Positions 1 to 12,700 of a DNA stretch of 64,000 bases are shown here, in pieces. The DNA lies in contig CM022674.1 in NCBI GenBank assembly GCA_012295275.1, positions 8,804,001-8,868,000 of the forward strand, in the 5' to 3' direction. The DNA is from Chrysomallon squamiferum (lineage: Eukaryota; Animalia; Mollusca). The notes beneath the pieces were generated by a model. That model was not told the origin of the DNA and made no database searches. It saw nothing but the letters and a program-made list of their open reading frames with translations. How positions within the stretch are numbered: position 1 is the first letter of the stretch; each line of letters starts with the position of its first letter. Made by a program: the position numbers and the translations under genes.

Positions 1-609
1 CCATGTGAAAAGTTTCGGTAAGTGTGAGAGTCTTTGGGTGCAGATGTAATTAATGTGTGTTCATTCTCAATCCTAAAGCAGTTCTGAAACACACAAATTA
101 TGTTTTCACTATTAACTGACCTCTAAAACCAGATTTTTCTTTGTTTTGCATACCAATGTATGTCAGTGAAATAGTAACATTATTTTAAATATATTTTTAA
201 TTACAATGCAACAGTAAAATAATTAACGGGAAACAAATGAACTTGAATACAAAATGATTATCATATTGTCATCTAATTATTTATTTATTAGAAGTCAAGA
301 TATAAAAAAAAAATTGAAACCAAATTAAGATTCAGAAAATTCCTCTATTTATCAAATAATTCTAAACAGTCTTTTCACAGCACAAGAAAATGTTATTACC
401 TGATTTTCTTTTCTATCAAAATCTGCTTGAAAGAAAGGACGAATACGCAGATACACTTTCATGTGTTCTGCTAAGTGAATTAAGTCATTTTTGTTGAATG
501 TATCCAACAGATTCTTCTTAGCTCCAATAAAGTCGACATCATCATCAATCACTGACTGACAGTTTGGATCTTCCAGAATATCTGTGAACATTCGTTCTCT
601 TCCTGACAT
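1..609 (-). CDS. KIF20: Kinesin-6 family motor (KIF20A/KIF20B/MKLP2-like), 5' part only; gene continues left of the window
   Basis: Coding exons 609-400 (ATG at 609; exon acceptor ctctcag| at 631; donor cag|gtaat at 399) and 83-1 (acceptor tttcag|). The joined translation reads MSGRERMF...KKNLLDTF...EHMKVYLRIRPFFQADFDRKENQ|NCFRIENEHTLITSAPKDSHTYRNFSHG, which matches the KIF20A motor-domain start as I recall it (VKVYLRVRP...CVRIEN...APKDS). A vs B paralogue cannot be assigned. Confidence 0.88.
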
Positions 610-1676
610 TGTGAAGTTATTTGTATGAATCTGAGAGTGTAAAAAAATAATCATAATAATTAATACTGATAATGATAATTATTTTTTATATTTGTCAAAT
701 TTCATCTGTGTATTCACAGTTATAAAATCCTTATAAAATATTCAATATTGAATTATCTTATCAAATTAAGTAGTATTATTTTTAAAACTGAAAAGAGAAA
801 AATAAAACTTGACTTCACTAATATCTCAAATGAAGCAAAAGTTGAAATGCATTCTTTTTTCTTTAAGTAGAAATTGAATTGTTACAATGACAATTTTAAT
901 AATATAATATGTGTTTGGAATTTTTTGTAGACCTTATGAATCTAATTTCAGTAAATAATGTAAATCTGGAAGAATGCTAAATTTCATTATAACACTAAAT
1001 TTATTTGCTCTTAGAAATAAACACATTAAATATAAAAATTATGTTCTTATTCCTTCTTTATTATTCAGACAGTCTTGTGATTCTATTCCTCTCAAATAAA
1101 AAAAAATAATATTAATAATAAAAAAAAAATAATAATAATAAATTAATAATAATTCATTGTCAAAATAATATGTTTCTGTTTATATGTGTGAACACGTACA
1201 CTATATCCATTAATATTATATTATATAATGATATATGTTATAGAAAGCTACTGACAATGAATCGATGAATGACTTAAAAACTTAAAATATTTTATAAAGT
1301 AATTAAATATTCATTTTCACTAATACAATAGTAACACCATGATTTGGTCAGTCAGTGAATGAATGATCGACTTCTGTTACTGAGAAGACTAGAAACAGAA
1401 GCCGAGATGTGACTGATTTAATATTTTATAATTCATTAATTCAAGTAATTGTTACGATGTTAGTATTTGTTGCTGTTACTAGTGTAACTGTTAGAGGTAT
1501 GTTTGTTCTTAACGAAGTCTATTTAAGTATTTTCAACTGCCTAAGATATTTATTTAATATAACTTAATGATAATTAGTAATAACTTAGCGAATAATTAGA
1601 TAATCGATCACAATAAAACAAACTATTAATTTTAAAAAGAAACAACGCTAAACCTTTAATTACTGTTCAATCTTAC

Positions 1677-1720
1677 CAAGATAAATAGCAAAACATTGCA
1701 AATCTCATCAACATCTTCTT
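1677..1720 (-). other. Probable non-coding first exon (5' UTR) of the KIF20-like gene
   Basis: Minus-strand donor ttg|gtaaga at 1676, directly downstream of a CpG-containing promoter-like patch; it would splice to the acceptor at 631. The TSS position is approximate. Confidence 0.5.
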
Positions 1721-2332
1721 TCGCGCTGTCTCTTTTAAATTTATCCAATCAGGAAAAGGCGGTGTATGTAAAAACCGGAACAAGTTACAAAATAGAAATG
1801 ACGAAAAACTATATATTATTTTAATAGTTATATTATTTAAAGTGATCTTACTTAATATATATAATAACAAAAATTAATTATATGTAATAAATCATAAATA
1901 AACAACTAAAAGAGAAAACTGTATTCAATTTAATTTCTCTTAAATTAAACATAGTAATTTGTAATTAGCTCTATACTATAGACTATAGTCTGCATAATCA
2001 TAATAACAATGGAAGCAGCAATTAGCCAATAGCACTGCTCAATAGATAATACTAGTACAGGAATCTATATTATTTAATATAAAAAAAATAGTTTAAAAAA
2101 AAATTCTTTAGCAATCTTGCAGTTTATATCAAATATTTTATTATTATTATTATATAAAATAAATAAATTTTCACTTTTTAAATTATTATAAATTATTTTG
2201 AAATTCAAGCAGATTCATTCATATTATTTATTTTATTTAATTTAATTTAATTTTATTTTATTTTCTAATTATTTTTTTATTTTTAATAGCGTGGGACAAA
2301 TTATTTTACAGCGCAGCATTTCTACTTCCGGT
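1719..2332. promoter_or_regulatory. Bidirectional promoter region between KIF20-like and SF3B4
   Basis: E2F-type TTTCGCGC 1719-1726, CHR-like TTTAAA 1734-1739, CCAAT boxes 1745-1749 and 2026-2030 (TAGCCAATAG), ETS-type ACTTCCGGT 2324-2332 just upstream of the SF3B4 ATG; CpGs are retained locally. Confidence 0.6.
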
Positions 2333-2347
2333 ACTCATGGCATAAAC

Positions 2348-5300
2348 ATGTCATCGGCACCTATTGCAGAACGAAATCAAGGTCTGTAATCTGTAAAAAT
2401 TACCAGATACAACTAAGAATAATATATGCATATATTATTGTTATCATGTAGAGTTTTAAATCTTATTTTTGCAGAACAAATAGTATATATGTTATATGTT
2501 CTTAATTGACTATAACTAACAAGTAACATAAATGTTAAAATGATATACAGTAAGTTGAGTAACTGAGTAAGTTGAGTAACATTGTTGAATAAAACTTCAT
2601 CCTCACAGTGACTCACAGTCTTCAGTAAGAGTTTTGACTGGATTATAGAAAGTCGATTTTAGAAAGTTAACTAATTTCTTTTATTTATCATTAGTTCGGA
2701 CAAATGCCACACTCAGAGTGATATCCTTTAATCATTAACATGAAAAGACATGAATGATTATTTGTTTTTTCTACAGACTACAGATTTCATTTGAGATCTG
2801 TCCCTTAATTTTACATTTTTTATTGTAACAGAACAAAATAAAATTATATTTGCAATCACTACATCATTCTGTTTTCTTCACAGTAATACATTCATTGTGA
2901 TCATGATGGTTATTTACTAATTTAGGCCTAATATTACATTATCATTATAGCTTTACAATATATAAATATATATGTATGATCTGACTGCATTTGATTAATA
3001 TTTCAACTCCTGATTTTACAAACAAATTTATTCCAGAAGTGATATGTCTGATCCGATTTGAATTCGAATTTCTTTTTTTCCTATATCATAGCTAAGCCAG
3101 ACTGAATCACTTTTATAAATTATAATAAAATTTTAGGTTTGTTATTCATTGTCTGTTGAGATATTAAAATTTGTATTCAGTCTAAGAGACAGAATCTACA
3201 TAGAAAGTTAAAGAATCACACAAAGGAAACAACATTGACTATTAGAGTAAGAATATTTTATCTTAATTATTGTAAAACAAATTTAATCATTATTTTTGTA
3301 TATTTTAATAAACGTTTTTCTGGTTTTTAAATTACAGATGCCACAGTATATGTTGGTGGTTTGGATGAGAAGGTCACAGAAGCAATTCTTTGGGAATTGT
3401 TTCTTCAAGCTGGACCAGTTGGTATGGTTTTTGTTCATGGATATCATTTTTCTTTTTTGTTATTATTTTCTTCTTCTTGTATTATTTTTTCATTTTATTA
3501 CTATTATTTTTAATATCAAAATTATAAATTTTTGTTTTTAGTTAATGTGCATATGCCAAAGGATCGAGTGACACAATCTCATCAAGGTTATGGCTTTGTT
3601 GAATTTCTTGGAGAAGAGGATGCTGATTATGCTATTAAAATAATGAATATGATCAAACTGTATGGGAAACCTGTACGAGTCAATAAGGTAGGGAAAGTAC
3701 ATAAATAAAATTAGTATTTAACCTTTCGTGAATTCATTGTGTTAAAGTTAAGTTCAATTCACACAATAGCTCTGTTCTTCAGATATGCTTTTATTTTTTA
3801 TTTATTTTTATAACTTTAAACATATTTATTTACTGCTAAAGACAATATCTTCCAGAGAACAACGATTACAACATACAATCCTGTGCTTAATTGCCAGAAT
3901 ATAATGGCCATATATATCCTACTTAATAAAGAAGTATTATTTTCCAGGCATCTGCACATCAAAAGAATCTTGATGTAGGAGCAAACATATTTATTGGAAA
4001 CTTAGACCCTGAAGTAGACGAAAAACTTCTCTACGATACATTCAGTGCATTTGGTGTTATTTTACAAACACCAAAGGTAACATTTTGAAGAATTCTTTCT
4101 ACCTAGCTATCCTTCTTAAAATAACAACAATATATCTATTAGTAACATTTTCAGATATTTATTAGAAATATGATGAAAAATATATGATGGCTGTTTTAAT
4201 GTTTTTCTGTTTGATATAGTACTGGAGGTTCTTCAATTAAGAATATTTTTTTTTAAGTTATTTTTCTTAGGCAATTAATGAATTATTCCTGTTTATTTTC
4301 TGTTTATTCTCTCTTATCTCATAACTAACTATTTTTGTCAATATATATATCTTAATGTTTTTGACAATATTTTATAAGTCATGTTTTAATTAAACAGATC
4401 ATGCGAGATCCAGACACAGGAAACTCCAAGGGTTATGCATTTATTAATTTTGCAAGTTTTGAGGCATCAGATGCAGCGATTGAGGCTATGAATGGGCAGT
4501 ATCTGTGTAATCGACCTATCACTATATCTTACGCATTTAAAAAAGATTCTAAGGGAGAACGTCATGGTTCTGCTGCAGGTAGACTTTCTCATTTTTTAAC
4601 ATTTTGTTGAAAATCTATATTGTGGACCCTTGGTTTTTCAGATACTGGGAAATCTGAACCAAATCTGGAAATAACTTATATTATGTTTACATTCATGATT
4701 TCCCATAGTTTTGAATTTTCTTGACCAGTTTTTCCCTCTATTAGTCCATGAAATTGGAAGTCACCAGTACTTTAAAACAGCAAATCAATAAAGATTGTAT
4801 CTGATGATAAAAAAGAAATCCTTAATTGACAATATGTTTATGTTTATGTTTCAGAGCGATTATTGGCTGCACAGAACCCACTGTCGCTAACAGATCGACC
4901 GCATCAGTTGTTTGCAGATGCACCTCCACCACCCGCTCAGCCTCCAGCACCAACAAGTCTCCCGTCTGTGGTGCCACCACCACCACCGCCCTCAAATCTG
5001 GCACCTCCAATGATGCCTCCAACATCAGGTGTTCCATGTAAGAAGCATCAAAAACTAAGAATATAATTTTTTAGCCCAAATTTTAGGTTTACTGTGAAGT
5101 ATAAACTGCTAATATTTTTGGTTTATCAGCGAAATGTTTTTCTTTTTAAATTGATCTGAAGGATGCTCAGAATGTCAAAGTTAAGTGTTATGGATCTTTT
5201 TTCAGCTTCATCTGTCGCTCCACTGCCACCACCACCTGTGCCTCCTCCATCAATGTCAATGCCAGTTCCACCAATGGGAATGCCACCTTTCCCACCATCA

Positions 5301-6373
5301 GGAATGATGCCACCAGTACCTTCAGGTAATTTAACTTTAAAATATACCATACATGATCCAAATAAATAAAGTTGATTTAATTCTCAGTTTATGATTTAAA
5401 TGATTCTCATTACTAATCTGTTGATAATAAAGTATTACATATGTTGGTTTTAAAGACCAAAATATGTCTGTCTGATTATATTTTGCTTTAGGTCAAAGTA
5501 GTGCACCTTACATGACACCACCTGTCAGCAAACCACAGTATACAACTCCTGGTCAAGGTAAAAACTTATCCTTGTTTGTAATTTTCAAATGGGATTTGTA
5601 TAATTTAAAAATCCTGCAATTAGTTTGCAGAAGTTTATTAAACATTTCATTTAGATCACTGTTGAATTTGAGAAGAAAAAGGAGATTTTCAACAAAAGAA
5701 GATTATTATCAAAAACAAGTTTTTTCATTAATATTATTCAGAAACAGAATTTGAAGTTTTCTGAAATAGTATGAACTGTGGAGGAAAAATAGTTTTATCT
5801 GTTAATAATTTACATAGGTATGTCAGGACCACCACCACCTGGTATGATGCCACCTTCAGGACAACAAAACAGCTACCCTCCTCCACCACCAGGAATGAGA
5901 CCACCTCCCCCAGGCTGGAGAGGACCACCACCACGAGGTCCACCACCTCCATTTGGTGCGTATTGTTTTGTCTTCAGTTATAGTACCTACTTCACAGAAT
6001 AAATCATAGATAATATTACAACACACACACACAGACACTCACCTCAATTGACATCTATCTATTATTAATTTTTTTCAGTATTTCTTAATAAATTCAGTTT
6101 AAGAGTTTTGAATAAAAGATTGACACTTTGGTGCCATCAGCAATAGTTACCAAGAAATAACTAAATTATGAATAATGCTGTGTGATCAGCACAGTTTCAA
6201 TAACTTGTCTGAATATGTCTAAATATAAATGTTGTTAATTTTTACAACTAGGACGACCACCACCTCCTGGAATGAGAGGACCACCACCAAGGGGAATGCG
6301 AGGGCCTCCACCGAGAGGCATGAGAGGGCCTCCTCCTCCAGGAGTTAGAGGCCCAATGCCACCCCGGTACTAA
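2348..6373 (+). CDS. SF3B4: Splicing factor 3B subunit 4 (SAP49): two RRMs plus proline-rich tail, 400 aa, 10 exons
   Basis: Exons 2348-2381, 3338-3421, 3542-3687, 3948-4076, 4398-4578, 4855-5037, 5206-5325, 5492-5557, 5818-5955, 6252-6373; all GT-AG, phases consistent, total 1203 nt. The translation [24 protein letters not shown]...HQGYGFVEF...[30 protein letters not shown]...[11 protein letters not shown]...[18 protein letters not shown]...[11 protein letters not shown] is diagnostic. Confidence 0.97.
4619..4769. mobile_element. Possible decayed pogo/Tigger-like MITE in SF3B4 intron 5
   Basis: Left end TGTGGACCCTTGG resembles the CAGTGGACCCTCG-type terminus; right end ...GAAGTCACCAGTA is only a weak inverse match. 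Recognised from memory only. Confidence 0.2.
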
Positions 6374-6915
6374 ACAATTTTTGAAAAAAGTATCTGAAAA
6401 TACATTAAGGAAATAACTTGGAATAGCATATACCTCTTTGGTAGTTAGTAAGTCTTTAAAAAGATAATTAAAAAATTAAAACATCCAAAAGATGAGACCA
6501 GATTTCAGATACAAAAAACTCCACATCTGGGAATGCTTTAAATTTATAAGTAGGTTGACTTATACTGAAATACAAGACTCAAAGGTGGACATCAAACTCT
6601 GTTTTCTGTTATTCTAGAAAACATTTTATTAGATAATCTTCACATCCAAAGTACCAAAAGGATATGTAACATAATAAAGGATTGGCCAACTTCAGGGTTA
6701 ATTTTAAGTCTTATTTTGTTTATGTAAATGTTTAAATACTCGGTTAAGAATATAGTTTCTAGGTCATCATAATTAATAGTAATTATTTATCAAAATATTT
6801 TATTTTCTTGGTCCATTGTACCATTTAATTTTATCATGGTAGTAACAGGTGCAAATGAATACATTATACCAGAATTGAAATCATAACTGTTAAATAGTTA
6901 TTTACATCAGAAAAC

Positions 6916-6946
6916 AATAAATGTGATTGGAAAAAGCTGTAATAAA
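6916..6946 (+). terminator. Candidate polyadenylation signals of SF3B4
   Basis: AATAAA at 6916-6921 and 6941-6946, followed by GT/T-rich sequence about 40-80 nt downstream. AATAAA is common in AT-rich DNA. Confidence 0.4.
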
Positions 6947-9737
6947 CAGTTCTCAAGTTTGGTGAAAAAAAAATGGAAATACTTTTGGGGTGTTTTTAGT
7001 GTTGAACAAGTTTGTCTGTAATTGTTATCAAGTTATTCTTTCTGGTATTTTAATTATGACTGATTTCATTGTAGTCAGTTATCATTATTTTGCTTTTTGT
7101 TATCAATGTAAATTCATCAAATCATCAACAGAATGTAAATAAATTTGTTAATAATTGGATTGTGTTAATCATCATTTTTCTTTTTGACCAGGTATGGGGC
7201 AGTTCCTTAAACTGTTTTTCAGTTTTCTACATGAAATTGAACATTACATTTTATGTGGTCTTTAATACATTCTTTATAAAAGATGCTTTGTATAACTAAA
7301 AGAAAAGATCAGCTAATATCACTTTCACATATTTATTTATGAGTTCCTCATTTAGGCAAAATAGCATATGTAATCTCTTAAATCATCTCAGTATTTCAAA
7401 GGATTTTACAAATATGTTTTAATAGAAAAAATTCAGTCTTGAATGACATCAAAAGTGATTATTTTTGATAAAGTGAATATTTGTTAAGGAATTCCAACAT
7501 TTATTCAAAGAAATCTTTTAAAAAAAAAAATATTAAACCACTGAAAAACTAGGGAAGCAGTTGCTTAAACTGGAAATAATGCAATGGAAACACTAACTTA
7601 TGTTAGTAGGTTTAAAATTGAGTGAAAACCACTTGTCCTAAAACTGGAAACCAAATATTTTTGGGGAAAGATAGTTATAGTTTACTGATTGTTCTGTGAA
7701 AAATGTCCAAAACGACAGTTGTGTATGCAAACATGTCCTGTAATTTTTCTAAACAAATAGACAATAATAATTGCATTTTGGTACTAATAATCCCAATATG
7801 ATCACACTAGATTCTGCATCTACTTTTAAAAGCAGAAGAGCCATTTTCAGGCTCTTAATTACTCCAGTCACAAAATGAATAATTCTGAAATTAAGATGAA
7901 CATTTTGGAAGAAGGATGATCAAATCTGTGTACATCTGATAGAATAGTTACTGGTTACCTCTGTTCAGTATTAGATATATATTTTTTACATCAATGAAAG
8001 GAAACTTGTGACCACCAAACACTGTTTGGAACAAAATCTTAAAAAATAACAAATACTTTTTAAATATTTTTATTACCATTCATAGTGAGCAATGAAGAAA
8101 CAAAAATAGTAAATAATTAAGTGACAAATTATCACAAGACTTAAATTCAGTTTAAATGTTTTCTTGAACAAACATTTCTAATAATGACCCCAAAATACAC
8201 AAAATTAATATGTTTGAGTATTTATAAGAATTCTCATCAATTTTATTTTTCAAAACTAAATCCAAGAGGTTTCGAATCCAATGTTTGTATTTCTGTTCCC
8301 ATTTTGTTTAAATTAAACTGGTTTACTCCTCACTAAAGCATAGAATGTTAATTACTAGTAAGCAAAAAAAAAATAAAAAAAAATAAAGTGATTGATTTTT
8401 TTTTTTCTTTTTGGAAGATATAAATACATTTTTAATTTACAGAATTTACTAAAACTAACAAATGTGACATGCTGTAGCTATTGCATTGGCAATTATATAC
8501 CAACTCCCATAAGTGATGCTATTTCCAGGTTGGCACCAACAACTAAATTGCAACAAACCCTTTCAAGACATGAAACAAACTCTTAATGTAAGTATGTATG
8601 TATGTATATGTATATGTATATATTTGTCTGTGTGTGTATGTTTTATTTTCTTGTTTTATATATAAATATATATATTTACTACATTTTCCAAAAGAATTTG
8701 TGAAAATTACATTCTGAACAATCAGTCAGCTTTTCACTTTTCTGTTTATTAACAGTTTCTCAATACATTTGTTTTACAAATAGCATACCTGTAATTATAC
8801 TGCCCTTTTTTTTATAACTGAACTGATAGTGTTTAGTTCTTAAATTTATTTAAACTATTTTCTAACAATAATGAATATACTGATAATTTCAGGTTACTCA
8901 AAACAATAAATAAGTTTCATAAATCAATTGAGATTAACAAAATGACCAAAAATATAAACAATTTTTGTCAAACTTGAAACTGATTTGTAAATAATTTATT
9001 AAATTTATCAAATTACACAATTAACAATTATCAATAAAATCTCTGTGATATCAAACTTTTCGTTATAACACTTAAATAAAAAGGATTTAAATTTGTTGTA
9101 AAATATTACCAAAAGTGAAAAACAAATGAGGAATAATTTTTAAAAAGAATGCAGTGGAAAGTTACCACTAAAACATGGTAACTAAAAGATTCATTTAGAA
9201 CTTGTAATCATTAACAGCCAGCAATATGCACCACAGCAAACCCATGACTTTTTTCAGTTAAGTAACTCTTAAAATTAAGTCAAGGCACTGAACGAAAGGC
9301 TGATTGGTGCTTAAATTCCTGAAGTTCTAAAAACAAATGGAAAGTGAAAAAGGGAACCCTGATAGAAATCTTCAAAGCATAACCCATACTTACACAACAT
9401 CCATTAAACATCAGCTCTTAATATTTATGTAAAGTTTAACACTAAATTACAAGCTATTTTTTTATCTCATTTTCACTGCAGTTAAATAAAAAAAATCAAT
9501 ATTCATCATATATTCATCATCAATACTTTTTTTTATTTTTAAATATTCCAACATTCATGTCAAATTCTAACATTCCACAACAACCAAAATACATTTAAGT
9601 CATTCCTGAACTGCATGTTGATATAAACAATTGATTATATTACTGACTTCAGAAGATGCCAAACCTAAACAAAATAAATAAATAACCTCTTAAAACTGGG
9701 AGAAGTTACACTAGAAATAATTACAGGTACAATGACA

Positions 9738-12700
9738 TTATATTTTCAATTTACTGGCTCGAATTGGGGATGTTTTTCTGGGACGTTTTTGCTTTGGTTC
9801 ATTGTTAGAAGCACTGTTAGAATGTGAAGCTGCTTTCCTTTGTAATTTGACAGATGAGTTTGATTTCTGTTTCTTAAAAATCATATCTATGTTCATGTTA
9901 GTATCATTGTTCCCACTTTCATTCTGAAATAATCTTTTTATTGCTTTCATTTTTGGTAAACATGATGGTCTGTTAACCATTTTATCAGGACAAGTAGCAT
10001 GTTCGTTATGGGCACCACAAACAGTTTTAGTCACAAACTTATTAGGAAAAGAATGTCTTGGGCTAACTTTGGATTTCTTCTTTGACATTTCTGAAAAATT
10101 ATCACTGCAAGAAGGCTGGTTACTTAAAGGAGAAGAACTGAGCATGTTACTGAAGTCTGAAGAAACTAATTTCCTAGGAGAAACTTTATCTCTTCTAGTT
10201 GTCCTTGGACTCTTACCAGGTGTGGTGTCATCAAGACTGATTTCACAGGAAGAGTTATATTCTGACGTTTTATCACATTCTAGAAAAGGAAGATCATCAA
10301 CTGCATTCCGGTCACTGGGAGATAATTCTTCAACTAATTTGACTGAGGTATTATCATTTGACTTCAAATATTTCTTTTTAGATTTTTCTGGCTTTACCTC
10401 AGGAGAATTGTTTGGTACAATTTTTTCAGTAATTTCCTTTGCGGTGTTAACTTTAACTATTTTTACAATAGGTGTACCTTTATCTTTTGCTATTATTACT
10501 GGCAGTTTGTGGATGCTTGAACAAGATGGAGTAGAAACTTTTGAATTTTTTTTCTTTTTCTCAGTCTTGATAGCTTTTGTAGTTATACCACAGCATTTCT
10601 TTTTCTTTTTGGCACAGGCAGAACTGTTATCAGTTTGTTTGAATTTTTTTAAAGGTTTTGACTTCTGCAACTTTTTGTTTAAGGGAGATTTTTTCTTGCC
10701 CATCTTAGATACGGAAACAGTATCAGAAGTCAGATTTTGTTTGATGCTCACTTTGTCTTCTGCTCCAGGACTTCTTAACTTTGCAGCATCTGCTGGTGTT
10801 TTTTTAAGCACTGTTGTCTTTAAGTTCTTTTTTAAGCTGTTACTTCTTGTTCTTGATGTTCTCTTTACTGCTTGTTTTCTTTCTGGAGTTTTCTGCAAAT
10901 TACTGTTACTTTTATCTAACACTGATAGAACATCATTACCATTTTTTGTTTTCGTTTGCACATCATCAAACTTCATTTCCTTCACTTCACCAACAAGTAC
11001 TTCGCTGTAATCCTGATACAAATCTAAATTCCACAAAGGGCTTGATATAATTTCTGAAGAACCATCATTTTCAGAATTTGTTTTTCTTCTTTTAACAATT
11101 GTCCATGTCCTTTTTTTCCTCCCTTTCTTCCTCTTCATTCCTTTTGGCCAACCACCTTTCTTCTTCTTTCCTACCATTTTATCCTGTTCTGCCTCCTGTT
11201 TACACTGCTCCTGATATTCAAGAAGACTTTTCACTTGTTTTTCATGCTCTAAATCTTCATCAGTTATCAAACCATTACGTCTTTTTTCTTTTCTGATAGA
11301 ACAGAAAGCTCTGTAATGGTTTACCAAACTCTTTAGATAAATAAAATGTTTAGAACAATAGTGACATATGTGTCTTCGTTTCAGTGTTACTTCATCAATA
11401 AATTTATTCTGTACAGGCTTCAAGCTTTGAAGGGTTTCTTTGTTGGAACATTTTGTAGCATGGCGTTCCAATAAATGCAGTGTTTTGAACTTAGCTTTGC
11501 ATCCACTGCATTGATGTGTTTCCAGTAAGCTGATCATCTCTCTTCGACGGACATGATTGTGTGGATTATACAAAAGTTCATAGTTCCTCTTTTTTCGAAC
11601 TTTGATAACAGTATCAATATTTCTCATTATTCTTCTTTTCCTGCAACCAGTGAATCCTCTTTTTGAAGTTCTTATCTCATTCTGATTTGAATTTGATGTG
11701 GCATTATTTAACTGATTGCTACTGCTTCTGTAATCTACTTTTGATTTAAATCTTTTCTGAATCTTTTTCTTTTTGCTGTCTGAGGTCACTTGCTCCTTTT
11801 GTGGATCACAGTTTATAATATGAACATGAAGACGGTTGATATTTTTAAACTTTCTAGCACATCTTGTACAGGTGTAAATATTCAGATTTCTATAGTCTTC
11901 AGCAATAGGCAGAGCTGATGCTAGGAGACCAAAATTACATGGCCAAGGAAAGTAAAGAAGATCTGCATCACTACCTTGCTCCACTTCAATACATTTGAAA
12001 TCTATTGATGGGTGTTTCTTCCAGTGATGTCGCATCAGCAATTCTATAGATATAAATTGTTTTCGGCATACAGCACACACACTAACTACTTTACCTTGTT
12101 TTCCAAACATGACATGTTCATAGTTCTGTAGTGGATCTTCTGTGGGTTTTAGAAAATGACAAAACATTTTAGCAGGAGGTAAGAGAAACTGAGATCCAAA
12201 TTTCTTATCAGCATCATTACTGGAAAATTCATTATCCTTCTTTAAATTTTTTATTTCATCATTTTGCTGCTGCAACTGAAGTATCTGCAATAATTTAACA
12301 TGCTCTTTTTCTACCTCTGGTGAATGTGAATTAGATTTTTTTAGATTATGTTTGTCATCTGAACTACATTTTTCAACACTTTCATCAAATGATTTGTCTT
12401 TTGATCTTTCTGATGATACATCAGCACATACTATTTTGCATATGTTAAGACTATGACTGTTTTCTAAAACTGAGCTGTTATCAGTACTTTTGGTGGTAAA
12501 GTCATCATTGTTGCTAGTATGGTCAGTAATTTCAAAGGTAGGTTTCTCACTGTTGCAGCTAAAAGCCAAGTTTGATTTTATCATTTTAACTGGGCCATAT
12601 TTTATATCCTCAGAATCTCTATGCTTCTCTGATGTGTCACTCAAATCGTCAGAGTTATTTTTGCCTCTGTTTTGAGAAGTATAATCATTATTTACTTCAA

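Noticed and set aside
1980-1991. 12 bp palindrome AGACTATAGTCT in the bidirectional promoter
   Set aside because: Short palindromes of this length are expected by chance and match no motif I recognise.
4822-6038. Alternative-frame and antisense ORFs over the SF3B4 proline exons
   Set aside because: Stop-poor by-products of CCA/CCT codon runs.
8266-8280. tRNA or SINE B-box-like GTTTCGAATCC
   Set aside because: No A box, no cloverleaf, no tail.
10069-11010. 313 aa plus-strand ORF (F/L/S/V-rich)
   Set aside because: Antisense shadow of the K/S-rich PRDM exon, in codon register with it; starts at TTG; no domain features.
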